DNA of 64,000 bases. Source: Kudoa neothunni. Lineage: Eukaryota; Animalia; Cnidaria. Below, one piece after another: positions 13,287 to 26,776 of the stretch; the first letter of the stretch is position 1, and each line of letters begins with the position of its first letter. The notes under the pieces are model-generated. The model did no database searches. It was given only the letters and a program-made list of their open reading frames with translations, and was not told the DNA's origin. Where the stretch lies: the NCBI GenBank assembly GCA_964304625.1, contig OZ199839.1, forward strand, positions 8,464,560 to 8,528,559, read 5' to 3'. Both the position numbers and the translations under genes were made by a program.

Positions 13287-14387
13287 CAGTGTTTCCCAAA
13301 TTGGGATGTGAACACATTATGGTGGGCGTGGAAAATCCTGAGTATTATTATGACAGGATAATGGTGGTATTCATGGGCATTATGATGCACTTTGAAGTCA
13401 ACATCGGTTATTTTGAAGTGACGATTAACATCTCAAAAACATAAAAAGCAATGCCCCATTATATACAAATTAATAATGGTATTTAACGTGTCCTTTATCG
13501 AATAGAATCAGAATGGCTTGATCTTATTCTTGTCTCATCTAGAACCGTTTAATCATTTTTTGACTAGACCTGATGTAATGTTGATTAATTTTGTGTTTAT
13601 ACTCTTAACTTTGCGTTTATTAACCCCATTTACACGAATGTCTTTCCTAATGAAAGTTGGATTACCACGAGTTTCATTTGACGTTGCTTTTGACTAAATT
13701 AAGAACTAAAGATGTTAATTTTTAAGGTCCATCGATAAATTATGTTAGATATAATTGAATACATTATGATGAAAAAAAGTATAAATTAATTTCTTTCAAA
13801 TTTGAATGTGATAGGGAGCTTTATTCAATGTTATAAACAGTTCCAGTTTAGACTTGCAAATTTCGGGATTCAAGACATTTTTGGGATTTTTATTTTGAAA
13901 AAATTGTTATATTATTCGTTCTTACTTTATTTTTAGAGGTAATTAACATTCTTAGTTTAACTGTGTGCCCTGCTTGAGCATGTTTATGAATTCTCTTAGC
14001 AATAATTAATTAACATTTTTCTCAAAATAAATGTACTTTTTCACTTGAGGATCCTGATTTTATAATCTGTCTGCATCCACGTCCATCATTCAATGTAATT
14101 GAAACAAGACACACAGCTTCTTGCTCATTTGGAAGTTGGTAAGCAAATCGAAATGCATTTAGAGCGCTCGGAAAAAGTCCATCATAGTCATCACTGTGAT
14201 AGTATTTCATATTTTATAATAAATATTTGGTTAAAAATCGAACTGTATCAATATTTGTTACCCCGGAAAATCCTGAAATTTTTTAAGTCTATTTAAGTAA
14301 AAAAATCAATATTTTTGAAAAAGATGAGGAACGGAAATTTTTTTTAATACAAGTAGGGCGCGATAGAAAAGAGGTTGGGAAACACTG
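13287..14387. mobile_element. Non-autonomous hAT (Buster/Charlie-like) element
   Basis: TIRs CAGTGTTTCCCAA ... TTGGGAAACACTG (13 bp perfect). Decayed 8-bp flanks CTGTAGCC / CTATGACC. No intact ORF. Confidence 0.7.
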
Positions 14388-17300
14388 CTATGACCTCTAA
14401 GTGCCTTATATTTCATGCATAATTTTTTCTGGAATTTTTCTCAACCAAAAATTCGTTTTTGCCTAAGAAAATTCATATTCTTACGGGATATTGGACTATT
14501 TAAAATAATACTAACTAATACACAAATATTTCAAATACATTTTTGCAGAAACAAATTTTGAAATTATTCATCAATAGAACCTCTTTGACCATCATTATCT
14601 ACATTATAAAATAAATATTAAAGAACGAAATATTTTAATATTTTTATGAAATCATTGTAGTCATGGTGTGGCACTTTTCTATAAAATATATAATTTAATG
14701 TTAGGTTATATTTTAGAATTTAATTATTGCAATGCAATTATTTCCATTTCGACCCAAAAATGTATCTTTCGGTGAAACCATAGAATATGATGATTCTCAT
14801 TTAATAGTTAATATTTCTGATGATTTATAGCCTTATTTCTATTTTATAATAATGAAAATTTTATATTTAAATTGAATGTATACTATAATGCCGAAGTAAC
14901 TAACAAAAAACTAATGCAATACATAAATTAAAGATCGTACGCAGGTCAATCACTTAAGTTATTTAGAAAAGTTTTACTATAAAAGATTTTACTTTAATTT
15001 TAAATTTATAACTGACGTTATAGTAATTCAATAAAAAGATTAAAATAATAATTTTGATATAAATCGAAATGATTGAAATTTTACTGAAAAATTCTGAATA
15101 TCATGCTATTATTTTATGCATAATATTTGTAATAAATTCCGAGTATTAAAATCCACAAATCGTGCCCAAATTTCGCAACTTGAATCCAACATTAAAAAGA
15201 TTATTAAGTTTATGGTTCCATTATCTTGTACATTAAGAGTCCTAGAAATCATCTTTTCCTGCATCTTAATCCATGATAATTTTGTTTTGAAAACTCACCT
15301 GACCGAAAAAGTCACTTAAACCAGCAAATAATGATGAATTCTTATTACAGAAAAAAGGTTTTCTGGCGTTTATCTCAGCGTCTAATTGTAACTGTAATAG
15401 AATTTATAGTTGAAATATTGAAAAACAGTTTTATGCTTAATACGAATAAAGACATTAATAAATTATTTGAGAGTTCTGTTACGATTCTCAATTTAGATCA
15501 AACTCATAAAATTTTTCTAAACCCTATATTGCTCATAGCAAATCTTTATCATCAGATAATCGGTTTTTAATGATTTCAAAACAATATCGCTACTAATAAT
15601 ATAAATCACTTCCATTAATTTATAATTAAGATATTTTTAATTTTATATTTCAGAATATAATAATGTACTTGTTTTATTATTCTTTATCATATTTACTATA
15701 GGTTATTTTGTGTGTTAGCAGTAAAAATGCCAAATAGCTAATGATTATATTTCTATTATTTTTGTATCCATTGTTAAATCCAATATTCATCGCAATAACT
15801 GCGTAAATTTGTTAGCTTATATTAAATTTATCAATACACAAACTAAAATAAATTGCTAGTTTCAGAAAATATAAATTAATTTGAACGTTATATAATATTG
15901 AATCAAAGAAATTAATATTTTTCCCCTGCTAAAAAATATTAAACCAACAAATTCTCCATCAGAGAAAACTGGTGATTTCGGCTCATTGTAGATAAGATTT
16001 TTCAAAATAATTAAAATTATGGCTAAAAAATAACAATTGTCAATAGTAATACGCCAACACAAATTTATAATTTATAAGTTAAAAGAAATTATCAACATTT
16101 TTATTGAATTTAGGAATCTTATTTATTAGATTAAATATTAAAAAACTTCAAAATTATTTATATTTAAATCAAATATCTGATTTAACAAAATAACTTAAAA
16201 AATGTATTTCTACATGTTTCACTTAATCAAATATTCAATAGCTATTAAAAATATGAGAATATTTATTCTTCTAAAAATAAACAATTGATTTTTTTATTCA
16301 TTTAATATGAGAATCGTCAACCGATAATTAAGTAATCTTCAGGATAACCAAACAATATAGTTACATTGGAATTCATAGATCAACCGGATTGCTAGGAAAA
16401 TGTATATTATAATCCAACGATTATCACATTATTAGGAAATTTAAATATATTTTTGAACAAAATTTTTTAATTAGACATAGCTATTATCTTATATTATTGT
16501 GTCCAGTTGAGTGTAGTATTGAACCCACAGATTCTAAAAAATATAATTTATACATTAACTATAATGTGGATTGATTTTATTAAAAGTATCTGTATCAGTA
16601 CTCAATACCTTCTTAATTTACTTATTTTGTATATAGAATGATCTCATATAATAAATTATGGAGTGACGATTAAGCCTAAATACTCAGGGATTGACGTCCA
16701 ATTTCGTTTTTATTTAGATTGAAAAAAGTTTAACTCCGAAAATCCAATGTTCCGCTGTTTTTTTGACAGCCTATTGTTGGTATCACGACTCTCTATTGCT
16801 TTAGCTCAGATCCGTAGTGCCTCTTAAAAAATGATAACTGATCTACCAATAAGTCAAGTGGGGGTATTCATGGTATATTGTTGAGATACACATTGGACAT
16901 TTTAATTTGAAATCCAAAATATTATTGGGTCAAAACTACAATTATAAATCGTATTTCTACCATAATAACCAGCAATTTAATTTTTAAGATCATTATATGA
17001 GCATGCACACCTACTTAATTTAAATAATCATAGTCCTTATTAATAGTTTTTTGGAATGATTTATTTTTTATGCTATCTTTAAACGAAATATTTATTGCTT
17101 ATTTTTACGTTCTTATGACAAAAAATAATCATGCTTATAAATACATACAGAATAAACATTGTCCTACTAATAAATATTTCATTTAATTTGGCATAAATAG
17201 TTTATCGTGTAACTGAAGTAGTTGTCAAAACCCACCTGATGACACTTTAAATTGGTTAAAATTGTAAAGAATTATGTTCATTGAAAATCTGACTAAATAA

Positions 17301-17477
17301 ATAAAATATAAAAATTTGTATTTAATAATTATTCTGTTATTCTCATTAAAAAATTTATATTCTACATATTTGAGAAAAGGAAACGATCCAATAAAGTACA
17401 AAAATAATAAATTAACGGGCAGTTAAATGATACGCACATTGAAGTATATGACGGTAGATAAAATTTCACAACCAAAC

Positions 17478-20031
17478 TCAACCTTTAATCACAGCAACAG
17501 GACGTAGTTTGACACATTTTTTGCTAATTCCGACATCATGGCCTAAAAATGAAAGATAAGTTAATGGCGCGAACCGACTATATTGTTAGATTAATCATAC
17601 ATGTTTGTACAACATCGTCAACATTTTTGTAGGATTCAGGTGACTAACCAAAATAAATTTAGGAAAAAACAATAAATCAAATAACCTCCTCCATAACAAG
17701 TTTGGGTGTGGCAACACGGATCGCAATACCCATTTCCTTTAGTCTTTGGAGAACGGTACGGTAATCAATATCTCGTCTAAATTCACCATAATAATTACCA
17801 TCAATTGTAACAAGAATACAAACCTCGACTTGGATCTAGATAATGAACGTCCCTAAAAATAAACGTCAATAATTATCATTTAGTTTAAAAAAATACAGCT
17901 CCATGACATGTGGTACCAAAAGTTTGTTCCATTCCTTTGTCAGTTCCAGTCAACAGATAACTATATATGTCGTTATATGAACAGAAATTCACCTCCATAG
18001 TTTACCTAGACGTTCCCATGGTACCTCCAATGAGTACAGGCTGACCAGTGGCCTTAAATACAAAAAATAGCACGTTAAAACATAGAATTCATAAATTTGG
18101 TGCATTAAATGGAGAGTTTACTTGATAGTCGACTGGTATAAGAGGATGATTAGGAGGGAACGCTCTAGTTGCTCCTTTTCGGTGAACCAACAGTCGTTTT
18201 TCTTTTCCATCCACAATATGATTTTCATATTTGGCGATGTTGTGCGAGACATCATAGATGAGTCGCATACCAAGATCATCAGCAGTGGAGTTGAAAACTT
18301 TAGAGAAAGCCTTTATCGCCGAATCGCAACATTTAGCGAAATTGTGATTCAACAAATTAAAAATAACCTTTCTAGCAAGGAAAGTCATCGCGCTTCTATT
18401 GACAAATGCAAAATTGGTGGCAGCATTCATAGCTTTGATGTAGTTTTGACCCTCATTTGAATTGATCTTGGCACAAGCTAACTATAATATTCCCATATCA
18501 ATCTTAAAAATTTACGTATAAATATCACCTGTCTATCGTTAATAGCAATGTTATCTCTAGCCATGACCTTCTCCATTTGGACCAGAGCATCTAAAAATCA
18601 ATTATTTAAACATACTTTAAATCAATGGAAACGCAGTATACCAGTGGCGACCTGATGGCCTAAACCTCGAGATCCACTATGGATCATAATACAGACCTAT
18701 ATACAAATGTATTTGAATTAACAAAAATAACCGAAAATACCTGTCCAACAAATTCAATACCAAATACGGAAGCATTAGTTTTATCGTAGATTTCCTCAAC
18801 ACATTGGACTTCGGCATAATGATTCCCAGCGCCCAAAGTTCCCAACTATCCTCATCATTAGACTCATTAGACTCACTCATTAAACTCATTAAATTCATTA
18901 GAACTAGTTGATCGATAGATTTTACGCAAGGTTAAATACCTGAGGAAGTCCTCGTTTTTGAGCCTTTAACGAAACCTTGGAGGCATCAGCGTCAGGCATA
19001 TTGCCGTTTTCTTCACAATGCATTTTGTCTTCTTCCCAAGCATAGCCTAATTTTACAAAAATAATCGTATTCAACTACATCCACAACCTCTAAAAGTTGA
19101 AGTAATGAAAAATAACCTTGTGCAACGGACCAATCCAAACCATCTTCTAATACGTTTGTAAGTTCGCTAAAAGTTGAAGTAAATTAAACTAAACATACTA
19201 ACCAACAAAATTTACTTCGACGTCACAGGTATCAAACCTCTGGAACCAACTCCAACAGGAATGTGATCGTAGAGTGCCTATAAATCGATTTATAAAAATA
19301 AAATATGGAAAATAAACTTGAGCAATTTTCTCCTTGCAAGGATCGACATCTTTGATTGAAAGGTTGGTTCGAATCAATCGTACTCCACAGTTGATATCGA
19401 AACCAACTCCACCTACGCACTTTGTTATTAGTAATAGAAGGGAATCGAGCAACCTGGGGATACAACAGCATCCTGATCAGCGGTATCAAACGCTGCCACA
19501 TTTCCTAAAATTTAAACGTATTCAATAAAATAACAAAAAATCTATTATACATACCTATGGCAAAACCATACCCTGAATGAACATCAGGCAAACCGATAGA
19601 TTTCTATTTAAATAGAAGAATATTGAACTTATTGTATTAACGCTCAATAAATGATACCCCAACAATTCCGGGTAAAGATGCAACATTTGCAATTTGCTTC
19701 ATACCAGGTAGAAATCCTCCGAAACCTACGTATACACATACACACATATTTTAATCTTGAATATTGTTATCTAACAACACATTACCCCCTTTGGTTGAAA
19801 AAGTCTGCAATTCTTCAAACATTAATTTTTTTAAGATTATCATTCACATAAAAAATCCCTTCCACCTATCAACAATATGAATATTAATATTCATATTAAT
19901 TATTGGCTTGATTAGCACAATGAATAGATCGGTACATTCATATTAGGTACAAACCCTTTTTTGATTAGATAAGTGTGGTTGTTCACTTCCTCAATATATT
20001 TCAGCTCTTCGTCGTACGTTCTCACAACCAT
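17478..20031 (-). CDS. RTCB: RNA-splicing ligase RtcB (20 exons; one apparent extra base in an A-run)
   Basis: [89 protein letters not shown] and C-terminal [10 protein letters not shown] all found after splicing. Confidence 0.97.
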
Positions 20032-20449
20032 AACTTATCAAGACAGTGTTAAGAATAGGAAAGTAATAAAAAATGTCATGCGCATAGAAAACCCCATATT
20101 TCCCCTATATTATATTTTCACAAAAAACAAATGAAAATATTCGAATAAGCAAATTTATGGGAACATTTATCTAAAAATAGAAACGAGATCATTTGACTGT
20201 GTGTTTGCCAAATAAAGCGTAGTTTATAAATAGGATTAGCTATTATGCTAATATACAAATAAATGTATATTTGGTTGGGATTCACATTATCAATTACTAA
20301 TACTTTTCAAATTTGTTGTTCTTGATATATTAATCGTTTCTTTATACATTGGGAATAGTTATTCAATTTTTCGAGACTTAAAAATACATAAAATTTATGT
20401 GTAATAACTATCCCAAGAATCTCCTATATTTATTATTCAAATTTTGCAT

Positions 20450-21593
20450 GGCTGAAATTTGATATACGTCCCCTTAAGTCCCTTTCAAAATTGGGGTTAA
20501 TGTGACATGTTGAGAATTAAATTAATCACAATAATGCAGCCTGTTTAATCCGCCATGATTCCTCCAATGAGTGCTCTAGAATATATATTTGAGAATGAAG
20601 AGAATTCTATCAAATAGTTAATTGAAAATAATGTTTTTCAGACACCAAATATATGTGCCCATTGCAATTATGATAATTTTACGCAACACAGGAAAAACTG
20701 GAGATGCTGCAGCAAGAGGAAGTGTAGAAAAGAAATTTAAATTTTGGAAAAAACATTTTTCAAACACACCAACATCAAACTAAAAATTAATGCAATCCTC
20801 AAATTATCTTATTATTGGTTAGTTGGCGTGAGGACAGTTGATTTGATAAAAATTACTGGTCATTCGTCCCAAACAGTCACAAATTACTCTCATTATTTTA
20901 GACAAATAGTTGGTGACAGTCTAGATTTCGAAGATATCATCATCATCATCATCATCATTATCTGTGGGGAAAACATAATCGTCGAAGTCGATGAATCAAA
21001 GTTTGGAAAGCGTAAATACAACCGAGGTCATGATGTTAATGGAGCATGGATACATAGTGGTGTAGAAAGGACACCCGAAAGGAAATTTTTCCTTATTGAA
21101 GTTCCAAATAGAACGGCAGAAACATTAATAGAAATAATAAAAACTCACGTAAAGCCATATTCAATTATAATAACCGATTGTTTCAAGAGTTATTCTACAT
21201 CGCATAACTTCTATCAGCATTTAACAGTTAACCGTAGCATTGAATATGTTGATAGTACTACTGGAGCACACACAAACACAATTAAAGGTACGTGGGGAGC
21301 TATAAAGTACAAAATTTCACCTAGAAATAGAACATCTTCAGTCCAAGATGATGGCTCTGTTTCTATGGAGGGGATCAACGAATTCCTGGCAGAATTTCAG
21401 TGGTGGAGAAAAAACTGTAATGATCTCTGGAATGGTTTCATCTGTGCACTTCAAATCGTGATGTATGACATCGTATTAGAATAACTATAGACTATCACTT
21501 ACATATCGTTATTATTAAATATAATCTTGTTTATTACAAAATAAATCTTTTTTCGAACGGGGCTTAAAGGGAGGCGTATATCAAATGTGGTCC
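20450..21593 (+). mobile_element. Merlin (IS1595/ISXO2-like) DNA transposon with pseudogenised transposase
   Basis: Imperfect TIRs starting GG with core ATTTGATATACG..CCCTT(T)AAG.CCC. Flanks TTTTGCAT / TTTCGCGT (6/8). ORF has VEVDESKFGKRKYNRG, IITDCFKSY, HTNTIKGTW. Upstream zinc-ribbon region interrupted by stops. Confidence 0.92.
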
Positions 21594-22006
21594 TTTCGCG
21601 TAGTCGTAATATATTTTTTCGTTTATTTCCTTCGATTAATTCAAGTATGATTTTTAGTGTACGCGTTTGCGCGTAACATAGCTACAAAATTCTCTTGCTA
21701 CACTTATCAACGATGCTATCCTAATGTATGTGTTAGATTTAGTAAAAATTTAACTTAAACCTAAATACCGTTTGTAAAATGTAATTGAATTAAATAATGA
21801 ATTTTTAGGTTGATGAAATTTTTATATTAACATTCTAATATGGATAAATATATTCTGCTTATTTCGAATTTGCTGATATTTTAAATTAAATGTAACGCTA
21901 TATTACTAATCCCTAAAATGGACGTTTGGATTTTTACTCACAATATTGAAATTGAGCACGCTTGAAAAAAAATAGGAAATTACTTCATTATTCTAATGCT
22001 CTAATG

Positions 22007-22660
22007 CAGGGGTTCTCAGTAATTTTTCCAATTTTACTCCCTCGAACTGGAGAAAAATTAAAATTCATATTTATTTATCTTTTATTTATTTAAACGTTTT
22101 ATACTCGTTTAACATCGTAGAGGTTATTTGAGGGGTAAATTTTGATTGTAAAAAGCGTGTACACTTTGATAATGAAATTTTTGAACCCGTCAGCTCTTAT
22201 TAACAAGTATCTACAGATTGAATTTTATTGATATGCTAAATTAAATTATATCTATCCAAATCCATCTCTCAAAGTGAACAAAATAATTAAAAATAATCGA
22301 AACTAGTAACATCTAAATAGTACATACCTTGCAAATAACCATTATAAATATGTATTAAAGTATTATTATTATTATTATTATTAATCTTAATCTTAATATC
22401 GGGATACATCTTTAAAGGTAAACGAGGCATAAAAGATAGATACTGATAGTAGCTTTATAAATAGTTGTTAAATATCTATTCCTAAAATATTTTAAATATT
22501 TCTGACAACTTCTTATTGAGTTCAATTGCCGCGAATAATCTAATTCCTTAGAAACCATTTAGTACGTCACAAATCCCCTATGCAAAAATTGCTCCTATCA
22601 AATTTTGATGCCACCTAGTTTCCGCTGTCAATGAATTTTACTCCCGGTTGAGAACACCTG
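22007..22660. mobile_element. hAT MITE, copy 1
   Basis: TIRs CAGGGGTTCTCA ... TGAGAACACCTG with a perfect 8-bp TSD CTCTAATG (21999-22006, 22661-22668). Confidence 0.88.
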
Positions 22661-22684
22661 CTCTAATGTACTTTAAACTCGCTT

Positions 22685-24885
22685 ACCTCTGATGGATTTT
22701 GGGGTTAAAAAATACTCCAGGTTTTTTTATTACATATGCAAGACAAAAATACAATTACTCGAAATTATACTGAAGAAAATAATTATATTTTCAAAATCAG
22801 CTGAAAATAAATAAATTAAGTCTATAGTAACCTTTACCTTTATTAAAATCAGTTTTGCTAAAAATCATTACACTAATTTATAGGTCAATGTTTCTTGATT
22901 CATTTTAATTTCCTCGACCCTGCCACTTTTGAGGACAACTCCGCACCCCTTCTAAAAAAATTGAATTAAATATGGATTTATTTTTAGGCTGGAAATTATT
23001 TTTTCTAAATTTACGTGGAACAAACCCGTCCATCTTAACAAGAAAACCAATGTAAATAAAATAAATACAACCGATATTAAATTAAATGTTTTGACTTTTT
23101 CTCTCTCATTATCTTATTATTTGGACAATGATTATGTAAAAAGAGGTTCTGTATAAGTTAAAGACATGCATTAATCATAATTTGTAAATGGACTAGATAT
23201 ATAAATATTTAAATGCAAAATATATCTAATCGCGCACGCGCGAAGTGTTGAGTTTGGGAACTAAATATTTTAATTGATAATTTAAATGTTACATGAAGAA
23301 ATAAACGTTTGATTCAATCTAGAATATAAACCTTTAGTTCATATATTTTTTTAATTCAAATTGATTTTAATTTTTAATATAAAAACCTGCAATAATTAAA
23401 CAATAAGTTAAATAATTTGATCTTGACATTAATTAAACTATAATTCCCACTCTATTTTAGAATATTTTAAAAATTATGGAACACAATTTATTTAAGAAAT
23501 CAACCAAAATTGAAATATATGTAAAATTTGTATTATCTTTTTTATATAAATGTAAACATTTCTATTATTATTAATTTATGTCGAAATATTTAAGTTTAAA
23601 ACAATTAATTGATCTATAAATAAAAAAATAAATGATCATTTTATTCCGTATATTAATAATGAGGAAACAATATATTTAATTTTTAAATTAATTTTCAGTA
23701 TAATTCATCAAATGACTATTTGACTATCAAACTTTTTCCAGCTTCGATTGCTCACGAATGGCACATTATATATTATGAGAAAGATTCGGATTAATTGGAA
23801 TCTTTACAGTACGAAAACTTCATTTCGGGCGCAGAAGTTTTTCGTTGACTCAAAATGGGAGCCTTGGATAACAAGAGGTCCGAGAACCTCCAATCGGGAA
23901 GTCCTGTTGTAATTAATGGGGAGATTTTTATTGTGCATCATATAAAATATATTATTTAATAAATATGACAATATAATTAATTGTTTAACCTTCCGAGCAC
24001 CTCAAAACAAACTATACACTTGGTGCTTTTAAGGTCAAACTGACCTTGGGTTTTTATTACATCATAAAATGTAAAAAATAATCATACAATCTTCAGTAAA
24101 ATTACGTAGAATTTTCACCAAAATATGCACTACGTGTAAACTAAATAGTTCGAATACGTGCAAATTTGTTGGCGTGATAACTCAATTTTTTAGATGTATA
24201 TGTAGTTAAAAGAATTTTACATATAAAATATTGATAAATTAAGTTCAACTATAACGTTTATGACGAATTAGTTTCCTATAGTTGGTAACCACGTTTACGT
24301 ATTCCCCTCGGGGACATGTTGAAACTAAAAATAATCACTTAACCACTTTAATACAATTTGAATCGCACGTTAACACTAAGAATATTTTGTATTTCGGTCA
24401 TTGGATATAATTTATAACATAAAAATATTCAAGTCCTCATCATTATCGTCTTATTCGCTATGAGAAATATCTGAGATATCACTGCAGCTACTATTCTGAT
24501 AATCCATTCTCATAAGGGAGATGTTGTGCAGGAGTTAAATGTATTTAATTAAATTATTTGGTAACAATTAAAGCGGTAAATTTAAATATTTCCCATCAGG
24601 AAATTCTTGATCCAATGAGGATTTCTCAACATCTTTTTATGTTTAATTTTGACAAAAAATGAGTAGGTGTATTTTTTAACCCAAAATCAGTCAGAGAATG
24701 GAAATTGCATAACTCAGCTATTTGATTATATACGTTCATAATTTTGTATCGGGGATCCAAAATGATATGTTTGGGAAAAGATGGAATCCTAGAATTGACG
24801 AAATCAGAAATATGCAGAAATTAGATAAACAATATCCTATATATGGAGGAGTTATTTTCACCCAAATCTAGTATCTAGTAGAGGG
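22685..24885. mobile_element. Degenerate, possibly nested piggyBac-type remnants
   Basis: Inverted pair CTCTGATGGATTTTGGGGTTAAAAAATACTCC (about 22688) and GGTGTATTTTTTAACCCAAAATCAGTCAGAG (about 24666). TTAA-CCTT at 23985 and AGAGGG-TTAA at 24880-24889. Confidence 0.45.
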
Positions 24886-25113
24886 TTAAAATATAATAAA
24901 TTATTTTTATTAAGATCAAAAAATTAAAATAAGTAGCTTCGGAAGAGAAAATTCAAGAGTGATTTCATACTATTAGAACAGAAGAAATTCCAAATAACTG
25001 AACATAGATATACACCTCGAATAGATAAATAAACTATAATACATCAACACTACTGTTAAAATGGATAAATTCAATAAAAATATAGTTGTATCGAAGCACT
25101 GGTCGAATCTTAA

Positions 25114-26758
25114 TTAAGGAGTTTGTTTTTGTTGGTCATCGCTTCCCATTTCTTTCTCTTCCTCTTGAATAAGTTCTTCTTCTTTCTTGATAATATCGTA
25201 CATTGTTTCATGGCTCACTTTTTCGCCCTCATCAGAAGCAATATTAATCTCGAGCTCTTTCACCTAATGATCACAGGATTTGAAAGTCACAAAAGAATAG
25301 CTAAAGGTCGAACAAAATCAATGAAATTACTATTCTCTCCGGTAGCGCTTTGATAACGTTAGTGATAAAAGAACTGTCCTCTGATTCAGCCAACCTGGTG
25401 AGCAACATAAAAAGCACTGGCACTCCATGATTGACGCGATGGTATATCCACTAATGCGAATGATGATATGTGAGTTTTTAATTTTACTTGGAAATCAGAA
25501 TAAATTAATTACCCGATGGAGCTTTTGTTTGAGCAATTCATCGGAGAAAAATGAATGCAAAAGACCGCGTCTCTCACAGTTGGCAACCAGAACATCCCTA
25601 GTAACACCTTCAAATCCATTCTCTACCATTTTTTGAAGTTCCTACATCAAACAGAATATATTTATAAGACAATTTAGGTAGATTTGGAGAGAGAAAGCGT
25701 AATAGGATTTCAATTATTCCACTAATTTAATTACTTACCTCATCACTTTTTTCAATCTCATCCAACTTGGTCAACGTCAATTCGTCCATGTATTCGGGAT
25801 CAAGTTTGGAATCTTTTTTAATCCACACTGTACGAAATAAACTTTGAAGCTCTTCACTGGTGAGTATATCTGTGAGATCATCCTCGGACATATATTTTGA
25901 ATATCTAACCAAATCTCTATGGTGGATTTTTCTTCTTCCCGATCTCACCTCATCCATTAGCTTAGCGAAATCCTGACTAAGTGTGGTGTTTCGGCGATAG
26001 TGATATTTTCCTATTTCCGCATACATTGTGCTTCTATACTCGAGATCCATCATTAATCGTTGTCTTATTGTATCCAGCTAGATGTATTTTGGTATAGATT
26101 CGATTAATTGATTAAAATAAACGAATAAAAAATCATTATCCACATATGAAATTTACTTCAGTTCGGTGACCATGGAAAGTCGAAGGTAGAAACCCTGGAA
26201 AGATCTTCACTATAAACGGTAATGCAAACTCCGCAAAAGGTATTAAAACCAGCGCCAAAAATGGCACCAACCGAAATATATCAACCACTGTTCTTCTCAG
26301 CTTGTAGGCATTAAAATTAAATCAAAAAACATTAAATTATGAATTACCTGCAGTCTTTCACGCACACTCAAGTTTTTCCCATTCAACAATCTCCTGATGT
26401 AACGAGTTGAAAGTTTGATATCAAGAAAAAACAATTTGGTCCCATTTTTATAATGAGTCAACTCCTCAATGAATCGTTGTTTCAACGGTTTTTTAACCGC
26501 CAAAGATTCTTTTTTATTTTCTTTACTCGTACACATAAATTTTCTTTCCACAAAAAATTCATTTCCACAGACTTTTATAAAAGACTCTCTCGAATATGGA
26601 GCATTCTTCACATGTGTGAAATTGATAGTATGGGTCGAAAATTGCGCGCGTGTAAATCTATGTAAACGGATTTAACTTTTCCCACATATACAAATATTTT
26701 ACGCCGCATTTGTCGCAACCAAAACAAAAGGTTTCAACCCAAGACTCCACTGTGGCAT
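25114..26758 (-). CDS. LETM1: LETM1/Mdm38-family mitochondrial inner-membrane protein
   Basis: [70 protein letters not shown] and acidic C-terminal [15 protein letters not shown]. Confidence 0.9.
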
Positions 26759-26764
26759 TTAGAT

Positions 26765-26776
26765 TGTGCATGCGCA
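26765..26776. promoter_or_regulatory. NRF1-like palindrome TGTGCATGCGCA in the LETM1/HAGH divergent promoter
   Basis: 11/12 match to TGCGCATGCGCA in AT-rich DNA, 6 nt upstream of the predicted LETM1 ATG. Confidence 0.5.

Noticed and set aside
15116-16062. Short ORFs in AT-rich intergenic DNA (also 3771-3962, 9151-9348, 35668-35850, 63461-63997)
   Set aside because: Low-complexity I/K/N/F-rich translations with no motifs or splice-consistent partners.
26745-26760. LETM1 and LCB2 both appear to start AAATGCCACAG (MPQ)
   Set aside because: Only two cases, the LCB2 start is uncertain, and coincidence is plausible.
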